In this document: positions 8,922 through 18,651 of the stretch, piece after piece | Numbering within the stretch: the stretch's first letter is position 1 | How the letters are laid out: every line of letters begins with the position of its first letter | NCBI GenBank assembly: GCA_050250895.1 | Contig: JBFWNU010000002.1 | Span: 471,659-535,658 of the forward strand | Source: Vulcanimicrobiota bacterium | Lineage (GTDB): Bacteria > Vulcanimicrobiota > Xenobia > Xenobiales > JADMJV01 | Reading direction: 5' to 3' | Length of the DNA: 64,000 nt | Made by a program: the position numbers and the translations under genes | The notes under the pieces: model-generated | Database searches by the model: none | What the model was told of the DNA's origin: nothing | Seen by the model: the letters and a program-made list of their open reading frames with translations, nothing else

Positions 8922-9380
8922 GACTTCTTGTACGCTCTTAGGGCCCAGTCATTCAACCACTGCTCGTGGGAGTTCAGTGGCTCACCGAACCCTGGCCGGT
9001 TGTGGGCTTCGTTTACTACCTTCGAGTGGATGAGCGTTTCCACCTGGAGTCCTGTCTTATTCGCATCCAATCCAGACTTATGAAGCTCACCGTGAAAGTC
9101 TCGTGGGCAGCCGTGATTCTCAGCGCGTTTTTCTTCCAAGTTCGATGCATCTCAAGGAACGACCGGAATCCGAGGGATAGCCGGGAGGACATCTTCGCGT
9201 GGACCCGTCGTGGTCGCTCCGCTCTGGTCCAACATCACGGCCGCCGCTCTAAGGGCAGTTGCCTCCAACCAACCCCGACTCCACCTCGATCAATCGCCAG
9301 GTCCGCTTGCTGGTTCAGGTACTGTTGATTGGCCACCGGACATCAAATTGGCCCAAGCGTAGCCCGGTGGGGTCAACACA
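8918..9380 (-). pseudogene. Degraded RHS C-terminal toxin (His-rich, nuclease-like)
   Basis: CVDPTGL (DPxG cleavage motif) at ~9380-9360, then stops and frameshifts. Terminal frame reads 'DFHGELHKSG..IHSKVVNEAH..HEQWLNDW'. Confidence 0.6.
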
Positions 9381-9505
9381 TCGGTAGGAAAGATCCTCCG
9401 AAGGGACAGGACTCGCCGATTCCGCTCCAACGTTTGTTACAAATTGGCAAAGCTACGCGACCCGATTCAAAGCAGAACGCCAAACCCGACCACTAGGCTC
9501 ATGGC

Positions 9506-10153
9506 ATGCGTCCCGTCTCATCGAACCCCAAAGCATGTCAGACTACCGTTCCATCCGGAGCCCGACCAGAACTGATGACAGAGACCACCTGCAATGAGTC
9601 CACCACCACCAACTTCGGCGACCGGGTGACCCTCTCCGAAGACGCCCAAAGCACCGTTGGGGGCGGGGCCAGCCCGATCAACGGCCCGGATGGCACTTTC
9701 GGGTATCGGGGGGGATATTGGGCCGAATATGCGGAGTCTCAGACGGTTAGTTTGGATGGATTGACCTACGAGCAACGCCAGACCCTGGGTGGTAGCGTCG
9801 GAGGCGCGGTCACCTATGGCCCCGACGGTAGCGAAGTCTCCCTGCCGGGATTCGCCGCCAGCATCGGCCAGGGCGCCTCGCTCCACTATCCTGACGGCAG
9901 CGGCCTCAGTTTCGACGGACGGCTGAACTTTAGCTACGGGCTGCCCAGCGCGCATTTTAGCACCAACAGCAGCTATGACGCCGAGCGCGATCTGGTGACC
10001 TTAGGTGTGGATGCCGGCGCAACCGGTGCGATCGGCGCCGACGGTCGCCTCGAGTTTACGGTTCCAGGCGATGATATGCGCGAATTCGGGCAACGGCTAA
10101 ACGAGAATCCCTACGACCCGATCGGGGCGCTAGGCGCCTTCGTCGGCTGGTGA
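9506..10153 (+). CDS. Hypothetical Gly-rich beta-strand protein
   Basis: 215-aa ORF with host-like codon usage; TAGGCT 6 nt before ATG; 'DRVTLSED' motif. Confidence 0.7.
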   Translation: MRPVSSNPKACQTTVPSGARPELMTETTCNESTTTNFGDRVTLSEDAQSTVGGGASPINGPDGTFGYRGGYWAEYAESQTVSLDGLTYEQRQTLGGSVGGAVTYGPDGSEVSLPGFAASIGQGASLHYPDGSGLSFDGRLNFSYGLPSAHFSTNSSYDAERDLVTLGVDAGATGAIGADGRLEFTVPGDDMREFGQRLNENPYDPIGALGAFVGW

Positions 10154-10543
10154 GGGAGTGGGCGTGGGCGTCTCCTCGGGCTCGTAGCCCGGAAAGGCGC
10201 CGGTGGGTGCTTCCGAGGGAAGGCGCAGGCGGTCGCGCCAGATCCAGTTGTCGCCGTCGACCGAGTATTGCGCCAGCTCGCCGTCTTGATCGCGATAGAT
10301 GATGGTGAAATCGGCCGGCCGCTGGTATTGCTTGAGTAGCTCACGGTTGATGGCCTCGAGGTCCTCGCGCCGGGCTCGGCTCTGGGCGATGGGGTGCACC
10401 TCGACCTCGATGCCGAGTTCCCAGGTTCGCTTGACTTCATAGTCGAGATAGTTGACCGTGCGGGGCGAGGGAGAGAGGCGGGCCGAGGGCGTGGTGGTGG
10501 CGCAACCGGCCAGCAAGGCCAGCAGGATAAGCCAAAAGCGCAT
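10130..10543 (-). CDS. Hypothetical lipoprotein
   Basis: MRFWLILLALLAGC lipobox; TACCCT-N6-ATG; Pro/Thr-rich tail. Confidence 0.75.
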   Translation of the reverse strand: MRFWLILLALLAGCATTTPSARLSPSPRTVNYLDYEVKRTWELGIEVEVHPIAQSRARREDLEAINRELLKQYQRPADFTIIYRDQDGELAQYSVDGDNWIWRDRLRLPSEAPTGAFPGYEPEETPTPTPSPADEGA

Positions 10544-10607
10544 GATACCAGGGTATTGGCGATCGAACACAGAATCCCTAGGTAAAGCTCTTGCCCGGAG
10601 GTTCCTC

Positions 10608-11267
10608 ATGTCTACAAGTAAGCAGCTTGACGAGATCGCACAACGCATCAGCGCTCGCTTCGAGCGCATCGACCAGGCCCGCGACCAGGGGATTCACCTG
10701 CATCGCAAAGTCATCAAGGCCTCGAGCCTTGCTATCCGTGCCATCCACCGCCGCGAGTTCGACGAGGCCGAGAAGAACTTGACCCAGGCTCAAGAATTGC
10801 TTCAACAAGCCTGCAAAGCCCTCGAAGACTATCCCAGCATCTTTCACGCCGGCTTTCTGCAAGACGCTCAGAAAGAGTATGCCGAGGCGCGCATTACCCA
10901 GGCCGTCATCTGCGGCCGACCGCTGCCCGAGCCCGAACAGCTCGAGGTCGACTTTCCGCCTTTCCTCAACGGCCTGGCCGAGGCCGTCGGCGAGTTGCGC
11001 CGGCACATTCTCGACCGCATCCGCCTGGGGCAGCTCGAAGAGGCCGAGCGCGTGCTGGCCGTGATGGACGACATCTACTACACCCTGATCACGATGGACT
11101 TCCCCGATGCCATCACCAAAGGCCTGCGTCGGTCGACCGATGTGGCTCGCGGTTGCCTTGAGCGCACCCGCGGCGATCTGACCAACCACTTCGGGCGGCG
11201 CAAGATCGACGCCGGTATCGAGTTCATCAAGGCTCGTCTCGACGAGCGGGAGATTTCCAAGGTCTGA
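10608..11267 (+). CDS. Translin/TRAX (C3PO)-family protein
   Basis: QKEYAEA and FLNGLAEAVGELRR motifs, plus LRRSTDVARGCLERTRGDL; GGAGG RBS before ATG 10608. Confidence 0.85.
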   Translation: MSTSKQLDEIAQRISARFERIDQARDQGIHLHRKVIKASSLAIRAIHRREFDEAEKNLTQAQELLQQACKALEDYPSIFHAGFLQDAQKEYAEARITQAVICGRPLPEPEQLEVDFPPFLNGLAEAVGELRRHILDRIRLGQLEEAERVLAVMDDIYYTLITMDFPDAITKGLRRSTDVARGCLERTRGDLTNHFGRRKIDAGIEFIKARLDEREISKV

Positions 11268-11323
11268 TCAACCCGGGTCGGATGGTCAGGGGAAAAGCCT
11301 GACCGGCCTGCGAATGGCCGGGC

Positions 11324-12679
11324 ATGCCCGACCAAGAAAGCTTGAGCCAACGCATGCAAGAGCGCGGGCAGCGCATTCGCGCCCGTGCTCTTGATGAAAG
11401 TCGTCATCCCTACTCCGAAAAGACTCACCTGATCCACGGGCGCTTCGATAGCGCCCGCTGGGACTACCAACATCACGTGGTGCCGCCGATGTCGTCGTCG
11501 GTGACCTATCGCCTCGACACCAGTGTGCGCGGGGCGGAGGGCTTCACCATGTTCGGTCAGGGCCACGTCGAAGACCAGGCCCCGATCTACATCTACGATC
11601 GCCTCGACGAACCCACCAGAGGCATGCTCGAGCAGAATCTGGCCTATGCCGAGAGGGGCGATATGGCGGTCTGCTTCGCTTCTGGCATGGCCGCTATCAC
11701 GGCCGCCCTGGGGGTTTCGGCCAAAGCCGGGGAGCGAGTGCTGGCCCATCATGTGCTCTACGGCTGCACCTTTAGCTTGCTCAAGAACTGGCTGCCGCGC
11801 TTCGGCATCGCGGCCAACGGCATCAATCTCAACGACCTCGAGCTGCTCGAGCGCGAGCTGACAGCCGAGACGCGGGTCGTCTATTTCGAGACTCCGGTCA
11901 ATCCCGACCTGGAATTGATCGACATCGAAGCGGTGGTCAAGGTGGTCGACGGGGTCAATCAGAAGCGGCCTCCGGAAGAGCGTATCCGGGTGGTGGTCGA
12001 CAACACTTTTGCCACCCCCTATTGCCAACGCCCCCTCGAACTGGGAGTCGATCTGGTGGTGGCCAGCCTGACCAAGAACATCGGGGGCTTTGGCACCGAC
12101 CTGGGTGGAGTGGTGGTTGGCAAACGAGAGTTCGAGCCATCGCTGCTGGGTTTTCGCAAGGATTTCGGGGCCGTGCTCAGCCCCAAGAGTGCCTGGCCGG
12201 TGCTGGTCTACGGTCTACCCACCTTGCCGGTGCGGGTGCGTCAACAGCAGCAGACAGCCGAGAGGGTGGCTCGCTTTCTCGAAGAGCACTCTTGCGTCAA
12301 GGCCGTCCGCTATCCGGGGCTCGAGAGCTTTCCGCAGTATGACCTGGCCCGGCGCCAGATGGTCGACTACGAGGGCTTGTTTGCCCCCGGAACGTTGGTC
12401 TACTTTGCCCTCGACGACCCCGACGGCAGCCGGGCTGGTCGTTTCATCGACTATGTGGCCGAGAACGCCTACTCTATCACCATGGCCGTCAGCCTGGGGC
12501 AGATCAAGACCCTCATCGAGCATCCCTTCTCGATGACTCACGCCGCCATGACCTGTCAAGAGCAGGCTTCGCACCTGGTCGATCCCGGCGGCATTCGCCT
12601 GTCGATGGGGCTCGAGAAAGGCGAAGACCTGATCTTCGATCTGGAGGAGGCCTTTCGAGCGACTGGCCTCAGTGGATAG
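11324..12679 (+). CDS. PLP-dependent Cys/Met metabolism enzyme (methionine gamma-lyase / cystathionine gamma-synthase family)
   Basis: YDRLDEPT, FASGMAAI, YFETPVNP, VVDNTFATP, SLTKNIGG (PLP Lys), AVSLG, IRLSMGLE. Confidence 0.92.
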   Translation: MPDQESLSQRMQERGQRIRARALDESRHPYSEKTHLIHGRFDSARWDYQHHVVPPMSSSVTYRLDTSVRGAEGFTMFGQGHVEDQAPIYIYDRLDEPTRGMLEQNLAYAERGDMAVCFASGMAAITAALGVSAKAGERVLAHHVLYGCTFSLLKNWLPRFGIAANGINLNDLELLERELTAETRVVYFETPVNPDLELIDIEAVVKVVDGVNQKRPPEERIRVVVDNTFATPYCQRPLELGVDLVVASLTKNIGGFGTDLGGVVVGKREFEPSLLGFRKDFGAVLSPKSAWPVLVYGLPTLPVRVRQQQQTAERVARFLEEHSCVKAVRYPGLESFPQYDLARRQMVDYEGLFAPGTLVYFALDDPDGSRAGRFIDYVAENAYSITMAVSLGQIKTLIEHPFSMTHAAMTCQEQASHLVDPGGIRLSMGLEKGEDLIFDLEEAFRATGLSG

Positions 12680-13949
12680 CCTGCTGGTTGCCCTTCGAGA
12701 CGAGGGCGTGCTGGACTCTAGCGGGAGCTTCCGCCTCGATCCTCAGCGGGCTCGCGAGAAGCTCAGGGTTTTTCAAGAAGCTCTGCCGGCCTATGCGGCC
12801 CTTCGCATCATCCAGGGCTTGCATCAGTTGCAGGCCCGGGCCGTCGCGGTCGAGGTTCACTCGAAGCGCCTGGTCATCGAGGCCAGTTTCGACCAGGCAC
12901 CCTTTGACCTCGAGCTCCTCCGTGGGGCCTTTCTGGGTCAGGCGGGACTGGGTGAGGCGGCCCTGGCCAGTCTGGCAGCCGGGCTCAACGCCAGCCTGCT
13001 GGACCAACCGATCGAGCTGACCTGCAGCCTGTCTGGTCCCAGGGGCGAGTTGGCCTGGAATCTGCTAGAAGATTCGATCGAGGTTCGCCCTCGCTCGCAG
13101 GGCGGTTGGCTTTTGCGCGTGGTGCACGCCTTTCCTTCGAGTTTTCTGGGCTTTTCTCGGCGCCGCGTTCTGCTCCATCGAGAGCTTCAGACCCGCTGTC
13201 GTTTCGCTCCGTGTGATTTCAAGCTCGACGGGCGTGAGCTCGACCACGATTGGGAGCAATTCCTCGGCTCAGAAGACGAGGCTACCACCATCGGCGCCAT
13301 GCTCGAGTATCTTGTGCCTGGCCAGGGCTTCTGGTTCACCGTCGGCGATCTCTCACCCTATCGCCTCGAAGGCGAGGCCCTGATCTGGAGCCGCACCGAG
13401 CCGATCCCCCTCGCCCAATATCGGGGCAGGTTTTTCCCGGCCCAACTCTACCTGGGCGTGGACCCCGAGCGTTCGGGCCGGCCGATGGGCTGCCGAACCG
13501 TGTTGTCTTGTTTCGAGCTTCACCGCGAGACACGGGCCAGGCCGTGCAAGGTCCACTTGATGCGCCACGGCGTCTTGGGCGAGACCTATGCGGATAGACA
13601 GGGCCTGCCCGAGAGTTATCTATTGCTCGATGTGAGTGACCTCGCGGCCGACCTTTCGGGTTTGCAGACTGTCCGGGACGAGGCCTTCGAGACCCGCTGG
13701 AACGAGGCTCGCCAGGATATGCGACGGGCCGTCGAGACGATGCTGGTCCACCTGCGGGGCACGACCCCGCTCTATCTGAGTTCGGCCGTGGCGGCCTATC
13801 TGGCCCGAAGTCCGGGGTTCACTTCTCGGCTCACACGCCAACTGGCGGCCCGTGCTCTGGGCTGGGCGGCCAACTCGAACCTGGCCCAGAAGAACCTGGC
13901 TCTGGTCGAGCAGCAGCTCGAGGCCTGGTTGACTAAGGAATCGGAGTAG
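12672..13949 (+). CDS. Hypothetical protein, divergent GHKL/Hsp90-like family (paralogue of 22898-27277)
   Basis: N-terminal DSSGSFRLDPQRAREKLRVFQ and LAAGLNASL; C-terminal LDVSDLAADLSGLQTVRDEAFE. Confidence 0.7.
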   Translation: MDSLLVALRDEGVLDSSGSFRLDPQRAREKLRVFQEALPAYAALRIIQGLHQLQARAVAVEVHSKRLVIEASFDQAPFDLELLRGAFLGQAGLGEAALASLAAGLNASLLDQPIELTCSLSGPRGELAWNLLEDSIEVRPRSQGGWLLRVVHAFPSSFLGFSRRRVLLHRELQTRCRFAPCDFKLDGRELDHDWEQFLGSEDEATTIGAMLEYLVPGQGFWFTVGDLSPYRLEGEALIWSRTEPIPLAQYRGRFFPAQLYLGVDPERSGRPMGCRTVLSCFELHRETRARPCKVHLMRHGVLGETYADRQGLPESYLLLDVSDLAADLSGLQTVRDEAFETRWNEARQDMRRAVETMLVHLRGTTPLYLSSAVAAYLARSPGFTSRLTRQLAARALGWAANSNLAQKNLALVEQQLEAWLTKESE

Positions 13950-15552
13950 CCTCGGGCGGTGGCGGGGCAGCCGGAGGAGCGCCGGGTGGCGGTCCGACTT
14001 CGATAGGCACGGCCTCGGGGATGGGCGCTGGTTCGGGCGGTTGAGAAACGGGCTCGGGAGCCAGTTCGGGCTCGAACTCGAGTTCAGGCTCGGGGGCCGG
14101 GGGAGGCGCGACTTCGTCCTCGGGAGTCAGTTCTGGCTCGGGTTCGGGCTGGGGCGGGGGATTGTGGGGAGCCGGTCGATAGACCGGATATTCCTGGGGC
14201 GGGGGAGTCCAGGCCTCACGACGGGTGCGGTCGCTGCCCACCACGATGGTCAGGTCATAGTCTGACTCCTGGTCGCTGTGCGCCTGGCGATATTTGGCCC
14301 CGCCCAAAAGCGACATCATCACGCCGCGGGCTCGGGGCAGATTGCGATGTTCGATGATTTCGGTCACCGCATAGGTGGCCCGGTCGGCCTCGCCCACATC
14401 GACGACATTGAGCCCCTCCAGGTTGAGTTCGTCGGCGAGGCGAGTGGCTGCGCCGGCATCGGGAGTGCCGTTGAGGACCTGAACGCGGAAGTCACCCTTG
14501 GCGATCCAGTTGTCATCTTTGAGCAGTCGGCGCACCGTCTTTTCGTTCTCGGGAGCGTAGGGCACGATGAACGATACTCCGTTGGCTTCGGCATCGTCGC
14601 CCACGATGGCGCCGGAGCGCATCTTGGAGAAGTCGAAGTTGCTGTAGAGGCTGGCCAGGTCGCCCATTTCGATGAGCTTGAGGTCGGTCTCGATGTTTTG
14701 CTTGACGATTTTGCCCAGTTCGGGCAGGCGGGTCAGGATGCTGGGCTCGCGCAGTTTTTGACCTAGAGCCCGAATGACTTGTTGTTGGCGGCGAATGCGC
14801 CCGCGGTCGCCTTCTTCATCCATGCGAAAGCGGGCGTAACCCACGGCCTGCTCGCCGTTGAGCACCTGAGGGCCCTTTTTCAGGTGGATATGCAGGTGGC
14901 CCCAGTTATCGTCATAGTCCATGTCCTTCTCGACGTTGATGGGCAAACCCCCGATGGCCTCGACGATGTCCTTGGCTCCACTGACTTTGACGATCACATA
15001 ATGATGGATGGGAACTCTGAGAAACTCGCTGACGGTCTCGATGGCTTGCTCGACGCCACCCAGAGCGTAGGCGCTGTTGATTTTGTCGTAGCCGAATTCT
15101 TCCGAGATCAAGACCTGGGTGTCGCGGGGGATCGAGACCACGTTGAGATAGCCGGCTTCCCGATTGAGGCTAACCACCATCATGGTGTCCGAACGGGCGC
15201 TCTTGGTATAGAGCATGCCCTTGGAGTCATAGTTGTAGTCGATGCCGAGCACCAGGATGTTGATGCGCTCTTTATCCTGGAAAACGACCCGGCCGTGTTC
15301 CTCTTGTTTGAAGATGCCAGGGCCGACACCGTCGACCCCGCTGCTGGCCAGGGGCTGAACCACCTGCTGGATATAGGCGAAGCCGCCCACCAGGGTGCCG
15401 ACCGCCATCAGAAAGACAAAAATGGAAAAGAAGACCAGGCGCCGCAGACTGGGCACACGCCGATACCATGGAATAGGGGGACCCAGCTGAACGGCTACCG
15501 TGCCACCCGGGATCACCGGCACGGTCCCGCTCGGGGCGGTCGAGCTAGTCAT
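13933..15552 (-). CDS. LCP (LytR-CpsA-Psr) family protein with LytR_C domain and Pro/Glu-rich tail
   Basis: NILVLGID, RSDTMMVV, SIPRDT, KINSAY, YARFR..GDRGRIRRQQ, VQVLNGT. Confidence 0.93.
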   Translation of the reverse strand: MTSSTAPSGTVPVIPGGTVAVQLGPPIPWYRRVPSLRRLVFFSIFVFLMAVGTLVGGFAYIQQVVQPLASSGVDGVGPGIFKQEEHGRVVFQDKERINILVLGIDYNYDSKGMLYTKSARSDTMMVVSLNREAGYLNVVSIPRDTQVLISEEFGYDKINSAYALGGVEQAIETVSEFLRVPIHHYVIVKVSGAKDIVEAIGGLPINVEKDMDYDDNWGHLHIHLKKGPQVLNGEQAVGYARFRMDEEGDRGRIRRQQQVIRALGQKLREPSILTRLPELGKIVKQNIETDLKLIEMGDLASLYSNFDFSKMRSGAIVGDDAEANGVSFIVPYAPENEKTVRRLLKDDNWIAKGDFRVQVLNGTPDAGAATRLADELNLEGLNVVDVGEADRATYAVTEIIEHRNLPRARGVMMSLLGGAKYRQAHSDQESDYDLTIVVGSDRTRREAWTPPPQEYPVYRPAPHNPPPQPEPEPELTPEDEVAPPPAPEPELEFEPELAPEPVSQPPEPAPIPEAVPIEVGPPPGAPPAAPPPPEATPIP

Positions 15553-15757
15553 TTCCTACATCCTCCAGAGGCCAATCTTCCCCAACGCCAAACTTGATTA
15601 AAATTCACTTCGAGTCGGCCATTTCCTGGTCGACCTTAAACGGCTCATCGGCCGTTTACGCCTTGGGAATACCCAGCCGCCAGCTAACCAACACCTGGAT
15701 TCCACCAGTTGGGGTAGGGGAGGGGGTGAACGGATTGTAACTTTCGAACGCGACCAG

Positions 15758-16507
15758 GTGGGAAGACGCTGGGGACAACATTTCCTTCGAGACCGCCGGG
15801 TGGTGGAGAAGATCCTGGAGGCTGCCGAGCTTGGCCCGACCGACCAGGTGGTGGAAGTGGGCCCGGGACCGGGAGCAATGACCGTTCCCATGTGCGAGCG
15901 GGCCGGCCGGGTGGTGGCCTTCGAGATCGACCCCCGATGGGCCGAGAAGTTGCCACGCCACCCCAATCTGAAGGTCGTCCAGGGAGACTTCCTCAAGACC
16001 GACCTGGCCGCTCAGCTCGAAGGGGGACGCTGGAAGGTGGTGGCCAATCTGCCTTACTACATCACCGGGCCTATCCTCGAGAAGCTGTTTTTCGAGGGTC
16101 AGGGCTTGGTCAGCGATATGTGGCTGATGATGCAGAAGGAAGTGGCCGTGCGGCTGACTTCGCCGGCCAGCCGTGAAGCCGGTTCGCTGACTTACTTCGC
16201 CGCCTATTTTTGCCGCCCCAAGCTGCTCTTCAAGGTCAAACCCGGCTCGTTTGCTCCGCCACCCGAAGTCGACTCGGCGGTGGTCCACCTTCACATGCGG
16301 GAAGAACCGCTCGAGTGCGACCGCGATCGGCTCTTTCGCCTCGTTCGCCAGGCCTTCTCGATGCGCCGCAAAACGCTTCTGCGCTCCTTGCGCGGCCTCA
16401 TCGAGGAGCCGGGAGCGGTTTTGGAGAAAGCAGGAATTTCTGGGCAGAGGCGTCCCGAGACCCTCAGCCTGGAGGAGTTTATCCGAGTGGAAAGAGCCTG
16501 GGAATGA
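15758..16507 (+). CDS. rsmA: 16S rRNA m6,2A dimethyltransferase
   Basis: GQHFL, VEVGPGPGAMT, VANLPYYIT, MQKEVA, FAPPPEVDS, RPETLSLEEF. Confidence 0.96.
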   Translation: MGRRWGQHFLRDRRVVEKILEAAELGPTDQVVEVGPGPGAMTVPMCERAGRVVAFEIDPRWAEKLPRHPNLKVVQGDFLKTDLAAQLEGGRWKVVANLPYYITGPILEKLFFEGQGLVSDMWLMMQKEVAVRLTSPASREAGSLTYFAAYFCRPKLLFKVKPGSFAPPPEVDSAVVHLHMREEPLECDRDRLFRLVRQAFSMRRKTLLRSLRGLIEEPGAVLEKAGISGQRRPETLSLEEFIRVERAWE

Positions 16508-16878
16508 GTGATTTGAGCCTGCAACTTCTAGAAGCCATGAAGCGCGAGTTTCAGTTCTTGCGCCAGGACCACGACTTCCAACTCGGCGACGACTTTCTTG
16601 ACGAGGTGCAGCTCGGGGCCACCGCTCGTAACACTTTCTTCAGCTGCAAAAAGCATGGGGCCCAGCCCCGGCTCAATCCTAATCACCGGGTCATCCTGGC
16701 TTTGATGAACTCGAAAGAACGCTCCAAGACCCATCTCTATTATCTGCTTTCGGCCGTCTATAGCATCGTCAACCGGGCGGTCGAAGAGATCGAGGATTCG
16801 CACGAGCGCGAGTTCCATGCCAAGATCCTCGAGACTCTGCTGGCGGGCCGGTCGGGGCGCTGGACCGATCTGGCCTGA
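16504..16878 (+). CDS. Small protein homologous to the C-terminal domain of the 1459-aa Hsp90-like protein
   Basis: LNPNHRVI..LYYLLSAVYSIVNR..IEDSHEREFHAKILETLL versus VNGQHRVV..LYFLLSALFSVKNR..IEDSHERDFHARILATLL; ATGA-coupled to rsmA. Confidence 0.85.
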   Translation: MSDLSLQLLEAMKREFQFLRQDHDFQLGDDFLDEVQLGATARNTFFSCKKHGAQPRLNPNHRVILALMNSKERSKTHLYYLLSAVYSIVNRAVEEIEDSHEREFHAKILETLLAGRSGRWTDLA

Positions 16879-17576
16879 TGCTCCAACTGCATCAGTTTCA
16901 TCCGGCTATGGGGCTGCTCAACGCCAGCCCCTTCTGCATGAAGGCCGAAATGTATCTCAAGATGGCCGGTCTTGAGTACAAGAACGTCTATGAAGACCGC
17001 CCCAACGGGCCCAAGGGCAAATTGCCCTTTCTGAGTGAGTCGGGCAAACTGGTGCCGGACAGTTCAGCCATCATCGACTATCTCAAGGAGACGCGGGGCG
17101 ACGCGCTCGATGGCGAGCTCGACTCCCAGCAACAGGGCCTGGGCGTGGCGGTGCAGCGGATGCTCGAAGAGCATCTTTATTTCGCCCTGCTCTACTTTCG
17201 CTGGATCGACGATGCCGGTTGGGATTTGACCCGTCAGGCCTTTTTCTCGCGCCTGCCGCCCGGTCTGAGCCTGATCATGCCGCCGCTTTTGCGCAGTCTC
17301 ACTCGCACCACCCTCAAGCGGCAGGGGATGGGCCGCCACACGGCCGCCGAAATCGAACAGCGAGGCAGAGCAGACATCGCCGCTCTGAGCCACCTGATGG
17401 GCGAGAAGCTTTATCTTTTGGGCGACCAACCCAGCAGCTTCGACGCTTGTGTCTACGCTTTTCTGGCCAATCTGCAGCCGCCCGCCGCCGACAATGTGCT
17501 CGCCCAGACGGTCAGCTCGTATTCTAACCTGGTGGCTTATTGCCACCGCATGCACGAGCGCTATCTCTTCAGCTGA
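16878..17576 (+). CDS. Glutathione S-transferase family protein (metaxin/FAX-like)
   Basis: SPFCMKAEMYL, PKGKLPF, DSSAII, YLLGDQPSSFDACVY. Confidence 0.9.
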   Translation: MLQLHQFHPAMGLLNASPFCMKAEMYLKMAGLEYKNVYEDRPNGPKGKLPFLSESGKLVPDSSAIIDYLKETRGDALDGELDSQQQGLGVAVQRMLEEHLYFALLYFRWIDDAGWDLTRQAFFSRLPPGLSLIMPPLLRSLTRTTLKRQGMGRHTAAEIEQRGRADIAALSHLMGEKLYLLGDQPSSFDACVYAFLANLQPPAADNVLAQTVSSYSNLVAYCHRMHERYLFS

Positions 17577-18199
17577 GGAATGAGCCAGTCGACGGCGGCC
17601 GAGAGGTCGCTGAAGTGCTGGTCGGGCACTGCCTGAGCGTGACCGTCTTGGCCGCCCATGCCGGTGTCGAGCAAGATGGTGGTCAGGTCCGGGGTGGCCT
17701 TTTCGCCGGCCGCGATGTCGGTGGTCATATCGCCCACCATGTAGCTGTCGGCCAGATCGATGGCGGCCCCAAAGTGGTTGGCGGCGGCATAGAACATTCC
17801 GGCCTCGGGCTTGCGGGCCGACAGTTCGCCGCTGGGAGGCAGTTCGTCTTTGCGGTTCGGGCAGTAGTAGATGGCGTCGAAGTGGCCGCCAGCCGCCTCG
17901 ACTCGTTCTTCCAGTCGCTCGAGAATGGCCTCGGCCTGGGCCGGCGTCATCTTGCCATAGCCGACTCCGCCCTGGTTGGTGACCAGCACCAATTTGGCGT
18001 CGGTTTCGCGCGAGAGTCTGGCCAGAGCCTCGACGGCCTCGGGCATCAGCTGGCGGTCGAGATCCTCGGGCGAATTGACGAAGCCATCGGTCGTGTTGAA
18101 CACGCCATCGCGGTCGAAAAAGACACAGGGCTGGCGGCCGGGAGTGTGGGTCCGGGCGGTGGCCGGAGCAGAAGATACCGAGTGGATTGCGCAACTCAT
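17561..18199 (-). CDS. HAD-IIIA phosphatase (GmhB/HisB-like)
   Basis: FFDRDGV, VTNQGG, YYCP, RKPEAGM, MVGD..DI.AG. Confidence 0.9.
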   Translation of the reverse strand: MSCAIHSVSSAPATARTHTPGRQPCVFFDRDGVFNTTDGFVNSPEDLDRQLMPEAVEALARLSRETDAKLVLVTNQGGVGYGKMTPAQAEAILERLEERVEAAGGHFDAIYYCPNRKDELPPSGELSARKPEAGMFYAAANHFGAAIDLADSYMVGDMTTDIAAGEKATPDLTTILLDTGMGGQDGHAQAVPDQHFSDLSAAVDWLIPQLKR

Positions 18200-18244
18200 G
18201 GCGCGAAGATACACCGCCTCTGCGGTCCACGAGTTGTCGTGGTG

Positions 18245-18601
18245 TTAAATTTCCTCGAGAACCTCGCGATGCAGTTCGACCAGCTGCTCGAGGGGAATCT
18301 CCATTTCGTCGGCCAGTTTGTCGATGTAGCGCAGCTCGCCCGCAGCCAGCACCCCGTCGGCATGGGCCACCCGCAGGACGCTGCGCATGGCGGCGATACG
18401 GTCAGTTTGCGAGGGCAGCAGTTCACTCAGGCGGGGAGTATTGCGCGGCACCCCCGGCTCGGGCATCTCGAAGTCTTCGGGAAAGCCGAGATTGGCGAGG
18501 ATATCGGCGATGGCCTCTTGCTCTTCGGGATCGAAGCTGCCGTCGGCCATGGCCACCTCGAACAGGGTGCGGACCAGTTCGCGGCGGATCTCTGGCTGCA
18601 T
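18245..18601 (-). CDS. TerB (tellurite resistance) family protein
   Basis: Duplicated VAMADGSFDPEE / VAHADGVLAAGE motif. Confidence 0.85.
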   Translation of the reverse strand: MQPEIRRELVRTLFEVAMADGSFDPEEQEAIADILANLGFPEDFEMPEPGVPRNTPRLSELLPSQTDRIAAMRSVLRVAHADGVLAAGELRYIDKLADEMEIPLEQLVELHREVLEEI

Positions 18602-18651
18602 CCCTGCTGAGGTTCGGGAGGACGAAACGGCTCCCTGCAAAAGGACTGGCC

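Noticed and set aside
10452-10607. Upstream extensions of the translin, FecCD (18187) and ABC ATPase (19230) ORFs
   Set aside because: They overlap other genes; better starts with an RBS or translational coupling exist downstream.
10608-11267. Haloacid dehalogenase annotation
   Set aside because: No HAD DxD motif; the motifs are all-helical translin type.
14020-14170. Repeated ggctcggg/ttcgggctc units resembling a tandem array
   Set aside because: They encode the Pro-Glu low-complexity tail of the LCP protein; there are no spacers, so this is not CRISPR.
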